Shown: positions 35,477 to 44,168 of the stretch, one piece after another
Position numbering within the stretch: position 1 is the first letter of the stretch
Layout of the letters: the number at the start of each line of letters is the position of its first letter
Source of the DNA: Candidatus Chisholmbacteria bacterium
GTDB taxonomy: Bacteria; Patescibacteriota; Microgenomatia; UBA1400; JACOWY01
Length of the DNA stretch: 49,755 nucleotides
Reading direction: 5' to 3'
Assembly: GCA_016176555.1 (NCBI GenBank)
Contig: JACOWY010000002.1
Span: 1-49,755 of the forward strand
Notes under the pieces: generated by a model
Database searches by the model: none
Seen by the model: only the letters and a program-made list of their open reading frames with translations
Told to the model about the DNA's origin: nothing
Made by a program: the position numbers and the translations under genes

Positions 35477-36691
35477 TTAGACGATATAGGGGCGATTGGC
35501 GAAGTTTTGTCGGTTGATTAAGTGGTCAAGCACAAGCCAACGGCGTTTTTTTTCAGCAGGGGTAATGTCGTCAGGGTAAATGCGCCACGAAGCAGTGCCG
35601 GGACGAGGCGAGTAGCGAGCGACAAACCCGACTTTCCAGTCAACTTTTTTGGCCAGCGAGACGGTAGCCAGAAAGTCTTTTTTGGTTTCGCCAGGAAAGC
35701 CGACGATAATGTCGGTGCCTAAAACCACTTCGGGAATTTTGGCGCGGATTTTTTTGACTAACTCTAGGTAACTTTCCCGGGTGTATCCCCGATTCATTTT
35801 CTTTAACATTTTGTTGCTGCCTGATTGGATGGGTAAGTGAATGAAGCGATCAATTTTGGGGTTTGAGGCAATTTCATCAATCAGTTCATCGTAAAAATCC
35901 CACGGGTTACTAGTGAGAAAGCGGATTTTGGTAATGCCTTTGATGCGGGAGATTTTCTGTAAAAGCATGACAAAGGGGGGAGTACCATCGGGTTTTAAAT
36001 ATTGACTCTGATTGGTGGGCAAATCGCTTCTGGCGAATTTTTTGTCTTTATCCATGAGGAGCTTGCGGAAACCGATGCCAACTTTTTCCAGACCCCACGA
36101 ATTGACGTTCATGCCCAAGAGCGTTATTTCTTTATAGCCTTGGAGGGCGAGGTCTTTGACTTCTTTGAGGATTTCAGTCATCGAGCGAGATTTTTCGCGG
36201 CCGCGGGAGTAGGGCACGATGCAAAAGGTACAGAAACTGTTACAACCGGTGGAAATGGGTACCCAAGCGTGCTGCTTGTCGCGACGCACAGCGGCCTGAT
36301 TAAAACCGACTTCACCAATGGGGAGGATCTCGTCAACCATGGGCAATAACTCATAGAGTTTTTGTTGGCCGTGGTGGGTCATGCAGCCGGTGAGAATGAT
36401 TTTGGGTTTTCGGCTAGAGGCTTCATCCAGAGGATGATAGGCTTTTGGCCTAGATCGGCCCTTGGCCGAGGGGTGATTTTCAAAATGATTTTGGACATTG
36501 AGTAAAAATCCTCTAGCTCGATCCTCGGCGCTTTGGCGGACGGCGCAGGTATTGACGACGATTTCCGAAGCTTTCTGCCAGTTATTTATTTCTCGGTATC
36601 CTCTAGCTTCGTAGTCGCCGGCGATGCGTTCAGAATCAGACTTATTCGATTGACAGCCAAAGGTTTTGATGAAGTATGTTTGTTGCATCAT
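35477..36691 (-). CDS. miaB: MiaB-type radical SAM methylthiotransferase lacking a TRAM domain
   Basis: TFGCQ.N..DS, NTCAVR, GCNSFCTFC.VP and DIIVGFPGET motifs; adjacent to miaA. Confidence 0.9.
   Translation of the reverse strand: MMQQTYFIKTFGCQSNKSDSERIAGDYEARGYREINNWQKASEIVVNTCAVRQSAEDRARGFLLNVQNHFENHPSAKGRSRPKAYHPLDEASSRKPKIILTGCMTHHGQQKLYELLPMVDEILPIGEVGFNQAAVRRDKQHAWVPISTGCNSFCTFCIVPYSRGREKSRSMTEILKEVKDLALQGYKEITLLGMNVNSWGLEKVGIGFRKLLMDKDKKFARSDLPTNQSQYLKPDGTPPFVMLLQKISRIKGITKIRFLTSNPWDFYDELIDEIASNPKIDRFIHLPIQSGSNKMLKKMNRGYTRESYLELVKKIRAKIPEVVLGTDIIVGFPGETKKDFLATVSLAKKVDWKVGFVARYSPRPGTASWRIYPDDITPAEKKRRWLVLDHLINRQNFANRPYIV
36423..36469. repeat. Three consecutive 15-nt (6-3-6) palindromes in frame in miaB
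   Basis: TCATCC-AGA-GGATGA, TAGGCT-TTT-GGCCTA and TCGGCC-CTT-GGCCGA. Confidence 0.8.
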
Positions 36692-36744
36692 ATCTTCTTA
36701 CTATTACTATTACTATTTTACCAGGTGAGACTTCCATGGCTTTG

Positions 36745-36778
36745 CACAACTACCACACACTGTAGCGTGGTAGTTGTG
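36745..36778. repeat. Perfect 12-bp inverted repeat CACAACTACCAC/GTGGTAGTTGTG
   Basis: Seen directly; intergenic between the Cof gene and miaB. Confidence 0.7.
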
Positions 36779-36779
36779 T

Positions 36780-37544
36780 TTATTGATTGAGGATGAATTT
36801 TTCGATGACGGTGGCCACGCCGTCTTCGTCAACTGACGGGGCGACAAAGTCGGCGATGGCTTTGAGCTCTGGGACGGCGTTGCCCATGGCGATTTTGAGA
36901 CCGCAAGCCATGAGGAGAGGGTAGTCGTTGTAGCCGTCGCCGACGCCGATGATTTCTTGGGGCTTAATTTTCAGTAATTTGGCAACGTGCACCATGGCAT
37001 GATGCTTGGTAGCTTTGATGTCGGTAATATCGAATTCTGTCATTTGTTTATTTTCAGTTACCAAACGAGTTACGGCGACGTCGTTAATTGATGATAAATC
37101 TTTGAGTATGTTTTCGAATTGGGAGAAAGGAACATGGTGAAAGAAAATATTAATTAGCTTGGCGCTTAAAGCTTGGCGGGAGAACTGGAAAGCTGGGATG
37201 CAAAAACCATCATTGGCCAAGGCGACCAATTTATATTTTTTGGCTACAGTATAAATCTTCTCTTTTGCAGGCTTCGATATAGGTTTGAGCCAGACTGTTT
37301 TTAGCGTCCGCGAGTGAGCGATTTGAGGGCCACCTAGAAAAATCGAGTACCCGTTGGCATTAATTGTTTCTAAGATATGACGCGTTTTATAGATGGGACG
37401 GCTAGTGGCCACGCCGATGCGGATAAGTTTTTTGGCTTTTTTGAGAGCCGCCAGAACCTTTGGAGATGGATTTCCGGCTTTTTCCATATCTCCTTGGGGG
37501 CACAAGGTGCGGTCGACATCCATCATGATGGCTTTGTATTTCAT
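36780..37544 (-). CDS. Cof-type HAD hydrolase
   Basis: DVDRTL, ATSR and GVGDGYND..L......AMGNA motifs. Confidence 0.92.
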   Translation of the reverse strand: MKYKAIMMDVDRTLCPQGDMEKAGNPSPKVLAALKKAKKLIRIGVATSRPIYKTRHILETINANGYSIFLGGPQIAHSRTLKTVWLKPISKPAKEKIYTVAKKYKLVALANDGFCIPAFQFSRQALSAKLINIFFHHVPFSQFENILKDLSSINDVAVTRLVTENKQMTEFDITDIKATKHHAMVHVAKLLKIKPQEIIGVGDGYNDYPLLMACGLKIAMGNAVPELKAIADFVAPSVDEDGVATVIEKFILNQ

Positions 37545-37595
37545 AGATGTAGAAGCGGAAGGACGCGGATTTGAGACGCGGAATTCCGCAGATCA

Positions 37596-38372
37596 TCAGC
37601 TTGAAGCTGAGGAATACTTGGTGAGGGCGAAGCGCCAGAGAATGAGGCTTAAGAAGAACGAGGCGATGGCGATGGCGATGGATATGAGCGCAGTCTGGAT
37701 GCTGACTAAGCCTAAGAAGGCTTTGGCGGGGATGGTGTAGGCAATGCCGATAGGAATGATGAAGGTGAGAAAAGTGCGGATGGAGCTGCCGTAGATGTCG
37801 ATGGGGACTCTGGCCATGGCGGAGAGATCGCGATAGATCATCATGGTGTGATCGACTTCGGTGGTGAGCACCCCCAAAGCAGCCACGGCAATGTGCACGG
37901 CGGTGATAACGACTAAACCCGCCAGAGTTAAGGCCACAAATAATCCCCAAGGAATGGGGGCAAAGGCAGCGGCGTTTTTAGCCAGATAAATGATGATGAG
38001 AATAAAAAGAGGCAGATCGAGAATGTCGGTCTGGCGAGTGAGAGCTTGGAAGAGGGCGCTCATGGGTTTGGTGAGGCGAAAGTCAAATTCGCCGGTGACG
38101 ACTTGTTGGCGAAACCAATAAATGCCGCGGAAAAAAATTTGGCCAAACATATCGAGAAGATTAAACAGGAGAAAGAAAATGATCATTTGATTGAGGCTGT
38201 AGCCGGTGGTGCTACTCACCCGATCGCCAATGACTATTAGAAGGACGAGGAAAAAGCCGAAGCGAATCAGTTTGCCGGTAATAAAAAGAATAGCCCCGAA
38301 CCTTTGGGTGAGATTCGATTGAGTGGAGAGTGAGGCCGATTTGAGCCAAACGATGAAGTATTTGCGCAGCAT
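37596..38372 (-). CDS. ABC-2 family permease (DUF990-like)
   Basis: G.FD..LTKP, P.DIY and terminal Y.SASS motifs. Confidence 0.88.
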   Translation of the reverse strand: MLRKYFIVWLKSASLSTQSNLTQRFGAILFITGKLIRFGFFLVLLIVIGDRVSSTTGYSLNQMIIFFLLFNLLDMFGQIFFRGIYWFRQQVVTGEFDFRLTKPMSALFQALTRQTDILDLPLFILIIIYLAKNAAAFAPIPWGLFVALTLAGLVVITAVHIAVAALGVLTTEVDHTMMIYRDLSAMARVPIDIYGSSIRTFLTFIIPIGIAYTIPAKAFLGLVSIQTALISIAIAIASFFLSLILWRFALTKYSSASS

Positions 38373-38373
38373 A

Positions 38374-38449
38374 AATGAGTAATGAGTAAGAAGTAATGAG
38401 TAATGAGTTTAGTTAATTCATTATTTCTTATTTCCTAATCATTATTTCC
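38374..38449. repeat. Paired heptamer arrays (ATGAGTA)n / (TTATTTC)n
   Basis: Seen directly. Confidence 0.8.
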
Positions 38450-39265
38450 TCAACGGCCAAAGGCGGCGTAGACTTTAAGACCTTTTTGCCAGAGGAATTG
38501 GCCAATTATATATAAAACGATGATCCAAAATACTAAAACAGTGTAGCCGGTAGCGATTTCTTCGTCCCCTAAGCGCTCGAGATAAATTTGCATGGGGAAA
38601 TAAATAAAGTAGGCAGTGGGAAGGCTGATGAGGATTTTGGCAAATAGGGGGGGGAGAATATCTAGTGGAAAGAGGGAACCCGCTAACGATTCGACGATGA
38701 CAAAACTTAAAAATCTTTGGGCCCAGCCGTTGTATTGGTAATACCAAAAGGTAGTCATGCTGATAATAAAACTGAACATAAAAAAGAGTGCGGTAGCAAG
38801 CGAGACACTGAGCGCAAACAGAAACCAAGTGGAGGGATGCTGGGGAAAGATGATGGGGGGCTTGAGGATGAGGTAGAGCAGCACGAGCTCGACGATGGCG
38901 AAGGCGATGTTGAGGGCTTTGTCCGCAATATCCCGAGCTGCCCAGTAGACAAAGTAGTTGAGAGGTTTGATGAGAAAGTTGTTGAGGTCGCCGGTGGCGA
39001 TATCGACCTGAGAGTCGATAGAGCGAACGGAGAGAACGATGGCCCGAATGAGGGAGGAGCCGAGAACATAAGTGAGGAGGGCCGCTTGAGAATAGGAGAA
39101 GATTGATTCCTTTGGCCCGGAAACTGCCAACCAAAGAAAATACAAGGTGAGGAGTTGCACGACGTTGCGGACGCGCCACATGATGAAATTGAAGCGATAG
39201 ACAAAACCGCTCTGCCAACTGATTTGGACTACTGACCAATATTTTTTGAGGACGCTGTAGTTCAT
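38450..39265 (-). CDS. ABC-2 family permease (DUF990-like)
   Basis: YRFNF, I.TG.L..FL.KP, FPLD.LP and GL..Y.A.G motifs. Confidence 0.88.
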   Translation of the reverse strand: MNYSVLKKYWSVVQISWQSGFVYRFNFIMWRVRNVVQLLTLYFLWLAVSGPKESIFSYSQAALLTYVLGSSLIRAIVLSVRSIDSQVDIATGDLNNFLIKPLNYFVYWAARDIADKALNIAFAIVELVLLYLILKPPIIFPQHPSTWFLFALSVSLATALFFMFSFIISMTTFWYYQYNGWAQRFLSFVIVESLAGSLFPLDILPPLFAKILISLPTAYFIYFPMQIYLERLGDEEIATGYTVLVFWIIVLYIIGQFLWQKGLKVYAAFGR

Positions 39266-40164
39266 TCTTTACCCGAAAAGATCTCGCGAATGATGGCTTC
39301 GATGGGTGGCTCTTCGATAGTGAGGTCGGCGACGGGAAATTCTTTGAGAAGGGTTGAGGCTTTTTGAGACGTGTCTTGGCGCTTGACATTAATGACTGCC
39401 TGAGGAAATTGATATGAGGTGACCTCGCCTAATTCGGCCAATTTTCTTTGATTGGGCTCTGCTCCAAAGGTGACGGTGAGGATTTTGTTGCGGGCGTACT
39501 TGTCGATGACGGCCGAGAGCTTCCCGTCGTAGAGAATTTTACCGGTGTCAATGATGATGATTCTTTTGGCGAGCTCTTTGACATCATCCATATAGTGGGA
39601 GGTTAAGATAATGGTGGCTTCAAATTTTTCGTTGTAAGTTTTGATGAAGTCCCGCATGACTTTTTGCATGACGACGTCCAAGCCAATGGTGGGCTCGTCG
39701 AGGAAAAGAACTTTGGGGTTGTGTAAGAGGGCGGCGACGAGCTCACACTTCATCCTTTGGCCTAAGGAAAGTTTGCGCACGGGCACGGTGAGAATTTTGC
39801 TGATGTCCAGGAGTTTGACGAGTTCGGAGACAGTCTTGTGGTATGCGGCGTCTTCGATTTCATAGATTTCCTTATTGAGAAGAAATGTTTCTTGGGGGGG
39901 TAAATCCCACCATAATTGGTTTTTTTGGCCCATGACCAGGGCGAACTGTTTTTGGAAGGCCCTTTTTCTCTGCCAAGGTGTAAACCCCAAAACTTTTACT
40001 TGGCCGCTTGAGGGATATAAGAGCCCCGAAAGCACTTTGAGGGTAGTAGTTTTGCCTGCACCGTTGGGGCCGATAAAGCCGACGAGCTCGCCTTCTTTGA
40101 TGGAGAAAGAGATATTATTGACTGCTTTGACGGTTTCGTACTTTCGATTGAGGAGCGATTTTAT
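39262..40164 (-). CDS. ABC transporter ATP-binding protein, 5'-truncated (possible pseudogene)
   Basis: Frame extends upstream of the track start through GPNGAGKTT to IKSLLNRKYETVKAV, then TAA TAA; no canonical start before Walker A. Confidence 0.8.
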   Translation of the reverse strand: MKSLLNRKYETVKAVNNISFSIKEGELVGFIGPNGAGKTTTLKVLSGLLYPSSGQVKVLGFTPWQRKRAFQKQFALVMGQKNQLWWDLPPQETFLLNKEIYEIEDAAYHKTVSELVKLLDISKILTVPVRKLSLGQRMKCELVAALLHNPKVLFLDEPTIGLDVVMQKVMRDFIKTYNEKFEATIILTSHYMDDVKELAKRIIIIDTGKILYDGKLSAVIDKYARNKILTVTFGAEPNQRKLAELGEVTSYQFPQAVINVKRQDTSQKASTLLKEFPVADLTIEEPPIEAIIREIFSGKE

Positions 40165-40171
40165 GTTTTAT

Positions 40172-40357
40172 TACAAGACAGCCGAATACCACGTTCATGT
40201 AAACTGAACGTGGATGAAGGCGGTCTTAATAGCATGATCCGCCAACTGGCGGAGAATACAAAGCGTAACATACTTCTTCTCTCGAAGAGAGAATATCTAC
40301 TCCTTCGGCCGATGTTACTGACGTAATACCCCGGCCTCTCAGGCCGGGGAAGTTTAT
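40172..40357 (+). mobile_element. Non-autonomous IS200/IS605-type miniature element (PATE-like)
   Basis: TTAT| then AATA guide, CCACGTTC/GAACGTGG hairpin and ATGAA; right end AATA, CCCCGGCC/GGCCGGGG and TTAT|. Confidence 0.75.
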
Positions 40358-40394
40358 TCAGGCTCGGACGAGAGCGAAAGAGTCACAACGAAGA

Positions 40395-40670
40395 CTACCA
40401 AACAGATTTCTTGAGCGGTTTACCGGGCTTAAATAGGACCACACCATGGCCTTTGATGGTTTGACGTTTTTCTTCCATGCCGAAGGGCACGACTTGTTTG
40501 TCTTTGACCCGGGAGCGGACAAAAGTGCCAAAGCCAGAGATAACTACTTTTTCGCCTTTCTTGACGCTTCTTTGGATTTCATCAAACACGGCTTCAACTG
40601 CTTCCAGGCTAGCTTTCTTGGTGAGGTGGGCTTTTTTGGAGATGATGCTGATGAGTTGTGATTTGGTCAT
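40395..40670 (-). CDS. hup: HU family DNA-binding protein
   Basis: MTKSQLI, GEKV.ISGFGTF and FKPGK.LK motifs. Confidence 0.93.
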   Translation of the reverse strand: MTKSQLISIISKKAHLTKKASLEAVEAVFDEIQRSVKKGEKVVISGFGTFVRSRVKDKQVVPFGMEEKRQTIKGHGVVLFKPGKPLKKSVW

Positions 40671-40764
40671 TCTAAACAACTAATCTTGACTACACAGGTT
40701 TTACCATGTAAGTGCCTATAGTTCAAGTTATTTTAAAAGTGAGATCTAGAAATTGGTTGTATGG

Positions 40765-40860
40765 AGAATGGAAATTAGTAATAGCTACGCCTCCCCGGCA
40801 GCTGCCGGATCAGCCGCTCTTTTTCGCGAGGCTCAAAATGGAAATTGGAGATTGGAAAGT
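40765..40860 (+). repeat. CTAC element (40781-40839) embedded in a heptamer tract
   Basis: AATGGAAATT occurs on both flanks. Confidence 0.8.
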
Positions 40861-40888
40861 AGCTAGATTCTATACAGCCAATTTCTAA

Positions 40889-42400
40889 CTAGGTGGCGGT
40901 TTCGCTGGCACGGACTTCGCGAATGACGTTGATTTTGACGACGCCAGGGTAGGTGAGCTCTGTTTGGATTTTTTGTTTGAGATCGTGGGCCAGCTTAGTA
41001 GTTTCGCTGTCCGAGATTTTCTCGGGATTGACTAAAACTCTAATCTCTCTGCCGGCTTGGATGGCGTAGGCTTCTGAGATGCCGGCGAAAGATTTGGCGA
41101 CTTCCTCAAGCTTGGTAAGGCGTTTGACGTATTCTTCATAATCTTCGTAGCGGGCCCCGGGACGAGCGCCGGAAATGGCGTCGGCGATGTAGACGAGAAC
41201 GGCTTCGTTGGAGGTGAAGGCCGTGTCTTCGTGGTGTTGGGCGACGCAGTCGATGACTTCTTGAGGGAGATTATATTTTTTGAGGAGCTTGATGCCGAGC
41301 TCGACGTGACTGCCTTCTTCGTCGCTCACCACTTTGCCGATGTCGTGAAGGAGGCAACCAAGGCGAACGGTGTCGACGTTGGCCCCGACTTCTCGAGCGA
41401 GAGAGAGGCCAATTTTCGTTTCCTCCAGGGTGTGGGAAATCATGTTTTGGCCGTAGGAGGAGCGGAATTTAAAGCGGCCGAGGATAGTTAGAAGTTCACG
41501 GGGAAGGGAATAGACGCCGACGGCGTGGGCGAGTTTTTTGCCTTCTTCGAACATGATGCGCTCGACTTCGTTTTTGGCTTTGGCGACGTATTCCTCGATG
41601 CGACTGGGTTGAATCCGGCCATCAGCGATGAGGCGTTCTAAGGCCAAGCGGGCAATTTCGCGGCGGACTGAATCGAAACTTGAGAGCCGCACTTCCCCTG
41701 GGGTTTCGTCCATATCGAGGTCGACACCAGTGGCTCTCTCAAAGGTGCGAATGTTTCTGCCTTCCTTGCCGATGATCCGACCTTTAACATCTTCATCAGG
41801 GATTTTGACGGCGGAGACGGTGTATTCGGCCACGTAGTCGGTGGCGCCGTGCTTCATGGCGTCGACTAAAATATTTTGGGCTTGGCTTTCGGCTTCTTCT
41901 TTGGCTTTATCTTCGGCGTCGCGGATGCGGCGGGCAGTTTCTTCGGCGATTTCCCGGTCGATTTGAGTGAGGAGTTCTTTTTTAGCTTCTTCACGAGTAA
42001 ATGAAGCCACTTTTTCGAGCTTGGCAATGCCTTTTTTCTTGATTTCCCTGAGTGACTCGCGCTCGGCCTCAATTTCTTCTTTGAGCTGTCTCACTTCTTC
42101 GAGGCGTTCGTCGGCGTGACGGAGTTTTTCGTTGAGCACGGCTTCGGCTGCGCCGATTTGGCGGGTTTTAGTGGTGACTTCTTGGCGAAGGCTCGCTAAT
42201 TCGCGGTCGGTAAGCTCACGGAGTTTCAAGGCCTCGTCTTTGGCTTGAAAAATAATTTCATGAGCTTGGGCCTGGGCTTGGGCTAACAGAGCTGGGGCAG
42301 CTGGGGCAATTTTGGCTTTGGAGCTGGGTTGGGGTTTGGGAGAGGGGGCGGCAGCTTTTTTAGCGCTGAACCTCCTGGAGAAACTACTGAATAACGACAT
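40889..42400 (-). CDS. rny: Ribonuclease Y (start ATG42400)
   Basis: KGRIIGKEGRNIR KH domain, LLHDIGK HD, ADAISGARPGAR and AIQAGRE motifs; SD AGGAGG. Confidence 0.96.
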   Translation of the reverse strand: MSLFSSFSRRFSAKKAAAPSPKPQPSSKAKIAPAAPALLAQAQAQAHEIIFQAKDEALKLRELTDRELASLRQEVTTKTRQIGAAEAVLNEKLRHADERLEEVRQLKEEIEAERESLREIKKKGIAKLEKVASFTREEAKKELLTQIDREIAEETARRIRDAEDKAKEEAESQAQNILVDAMKHGATDYVAEYTVSAVKIPDEDVKGRIIGKEGRNIRTFERATGVDLDMDETPGEVRLSSFDSVRREIARLALERLIADGRIQPSRIEEYVAKAKNEVERIMFEEGKKLAHAVGVYSLPRELLTILGRFKFRSSYGQNMISHTLEETKIGLSLAREVGANVDTVRLGCLLHDIGKVVSDEEGSHVELGIKLLKKYNLPQEVIDCVAQHHEDTAFTSNEAVLVYIADAISGARPGARYEDYEEYVKRLTKLEEVAKSFAGISEAYAIQAGREIRVLVNPEKISDSETTKLAHDLKQKIQTELTYPGVVKINVIREVRASETAT

Positions 42401-42419
42401 AGGCCTCCTGTAATTTAAA

Positions 42420-42541
42420 GGCCTGCACGACAAAAGAGAACCAGGGATTTACTGGTCTTTCGGGGAAAGTAGTCGGAGCTTAGGTACTGTCATAAAAAGC
42501 TTCATGAAGACTTTTTCCTTTATTGTCGTGCAGCTAATTTC
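42420..42541 (-). ncRNA. Candidate structured RNA upstream of rny (6S-like rod or 5' UTR)
   Basis: 11-bp perfect closing stem 42423-42433/42523-42533; dedicated promoter. Confidence 0.45.
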
Positions 42542-42548
42542 TACTGGT

Positions 42549-42577
42549 ATTTTACCCTGGAAATCCGCCGAGGTCAA
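42549..42577 (-). promoter_or_regulatory. Sigma70 promoter TTGACC-N17-TAAAAT
   Basis: Near-consensus boxes with 17-nt spacing. Confidence 0.75.
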
Positions 42578-42579
42578 CG

Positions 42580-43032
42580 TCACCTTTGTGGCTTGATCAC
42601 TTGACTAATGGTATCCCAAGAAAAACCACGACTGGCGAGAAAGCGAATGACTTTGGCTCTGTTTTGAGAGAGATCTCGATTGGCGTATTTTTTCTGTAGA
42701 GCCAGGCTGGCGCGGGTTTTCTCTGTTGCGGTTGAGGTGTCAATAGCTGCTTCAATAATGGCGCGGTCGACTCCTTTTTGCCGCAACTCTAGTTTCAGAA
42801 TGCGGCTTGAGCGCGGCCGGTGTTTGTCTCTGACTTCCTGCCACCACAAACAAAACTCCTGGTCATCGAGGAGTTTCATGTCTTTTAAAGTGTTAATGAT
42901 GGTGTCAATTTCTGCGGCGGGAATTTGTTTGCGTTTGAGGCGGAGGCGAATTTCGGCTTCTGAGCGAGGACGATAGGAGAGGAGGTTGACGGCGTAGTCG
43001 AGAAGTTTGGGTGAGGGATTAGGGTTGGGCAC
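42580..43032 (-). CDS. recX: Regulatory protein RecX
   Basis: [10 protein letters not shown]...RL, LDD..F, EL.QKGV and FL.SRGF motifs; downstream of recA. Confidence 0.93.
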   Translation of the reverse strand: MPNPNPSPKLLDYAVNLLSYRPRSEAEIRLRLKRKQIPAAEIDTIINTLKDMKLLDDQEFCLWWQEVRDKHRPRSSRILKLELRQKGVDRAIIEAAIDTSTATEKTRASLALQKKYANRDLSQNRAKVIRFLASRGFSWDTISQVIKPQR

Positions 43033-44089
43033 TGGGGGCAGCCTTTTGTTTAATTTGTCTCCAAATATCAGCTTCGATTTCTTTAGCCAGTCGGTGATTT
43101 TCCGAAAGTGTCACTTTGGCGGCTTCTCTGCCTTGGGCGATGACCTGATCTTTGTATTTAAGAAAGGCGCCAGATTTTTCGATGACGTTAAGGTCGGTAG
43201 CGACATCGATGATGCCACCAGTATGAGAGATGCCGCCTTCGTTCATGATGTCGAATTCGGCGGTGCGAAAGGGGGGAGCGACTTTGTTTTTGACGACTTT
43301 GACGCGATGGCGACTACCAATGATGACGTCGCCATCTTGGATGTTGCCGATTTTGCGTACATCTAGGCGCACTGAGGCATAAAACTTGAGGGCTTGGCCA
43401 CCGGTGGTAGTTTCGGGGTTGCCAAACATGACGCCGATTTTCATCCGCAGCTGATTGGTGAAGATGATGACTGTTTTGGAGCGAGAGATGGCCCCAGCGA
43501 GTTTACGCATGGCTTGGCTCATGAGGCGGGCCTGAACGCCAATGATGGAATCTCCCATCTCGCCTTCGATCTCGGCTTTAGGAACCAGCGCCGCGACAGA
43601 ATCTATACAGATGACGTCAATGCCGCCGGAGCGAATGAGGGTTTCGGTGATTTCCAAAGCTTGCTCACCAGTATCGGGCTGAGAAACCAAAAGATCGTCG
43701 ACATTGACGCCGATCCCTTCGGCGCGCTGCGGATCGAGGGCGTGTTCGGCGTCGATGAAGGCGGCGGTGCCCCCCATCTTTTGAGCTTGGGCAATGGTGT
43801 GCAGACACACGGTGGTTTTGCCTGATGCTTCGGGACCAAAGATTTCCACGATGCGGCCGCGCGGTAGACCACCGACTCCTAGGGCAATATCTAGGGCAAT
43901 GGAGCCGGTGGAAATGGTGGAGATGTGGGCGTCGGCGGCGCTACGGTCGCCCAAGCGCATGATGGAACCTTTTCCGTAGGATTTTTCGATTTGTTCCATG
44001 GCGATGCGGACGGCTTGGAGACGTTCATTAATTTTGGGGGCGGGGGCGGAGGTGGCTGGATTTATTTTTTTGGGTCGTCCTCTTGCCAT
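43019..44089 (-). CDS. recA: Recombinase RecA (likely start ATG44089)
   Basis: [25 protein letters not shown] and [12 protein letters not shown] motifs. Confidence 0.99.
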   Translation of the reverse strand: MARGRPKKINPATSAPAPKINERLQAVRIAMEQIEKSYGKGSIMRLGDRSAADAHISTISTGSIALDIALGVGGLPRGRIVEIFGPEASGKTTVCLHTIAQAQKMGGTAAFIDAEHALDPQRAEGIGVNVDDLLVSQPDTGEQALEITETLIRSGGIDVICIDSVAALVPKAEIEGEMGDSIIGVQARLMSQAMRKLAGAISRSKTVIIFTNQLRMKIGVMFGNPETTTGGQALKFYASVRLDVRKIGNIQDGDVIIGSRHRVKVVKNKVAPPFRTAEFDIMNEGGISHTGGIIDVATDLNVIEKSGAFLKYKDQVIAQGREAAKVTLSENHRLAKEIEADIWRQIKQKAAPSAQP

Positions 44090-44168
44090 AGAAGCTAGCA
44101 CACTCTTACCACACAAAACCTGAAAAGACAATAGGAGTTCAGCCTCAAGTTAGCGGCCTAAATATTTG

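Noticed and set aside
38475..39389. 304-aa alternative-frame ORF
   Set aside because: Overlaps a well-supported permease on the same strand; Ser/Arg/Pro-rich shadow translation with no motifs
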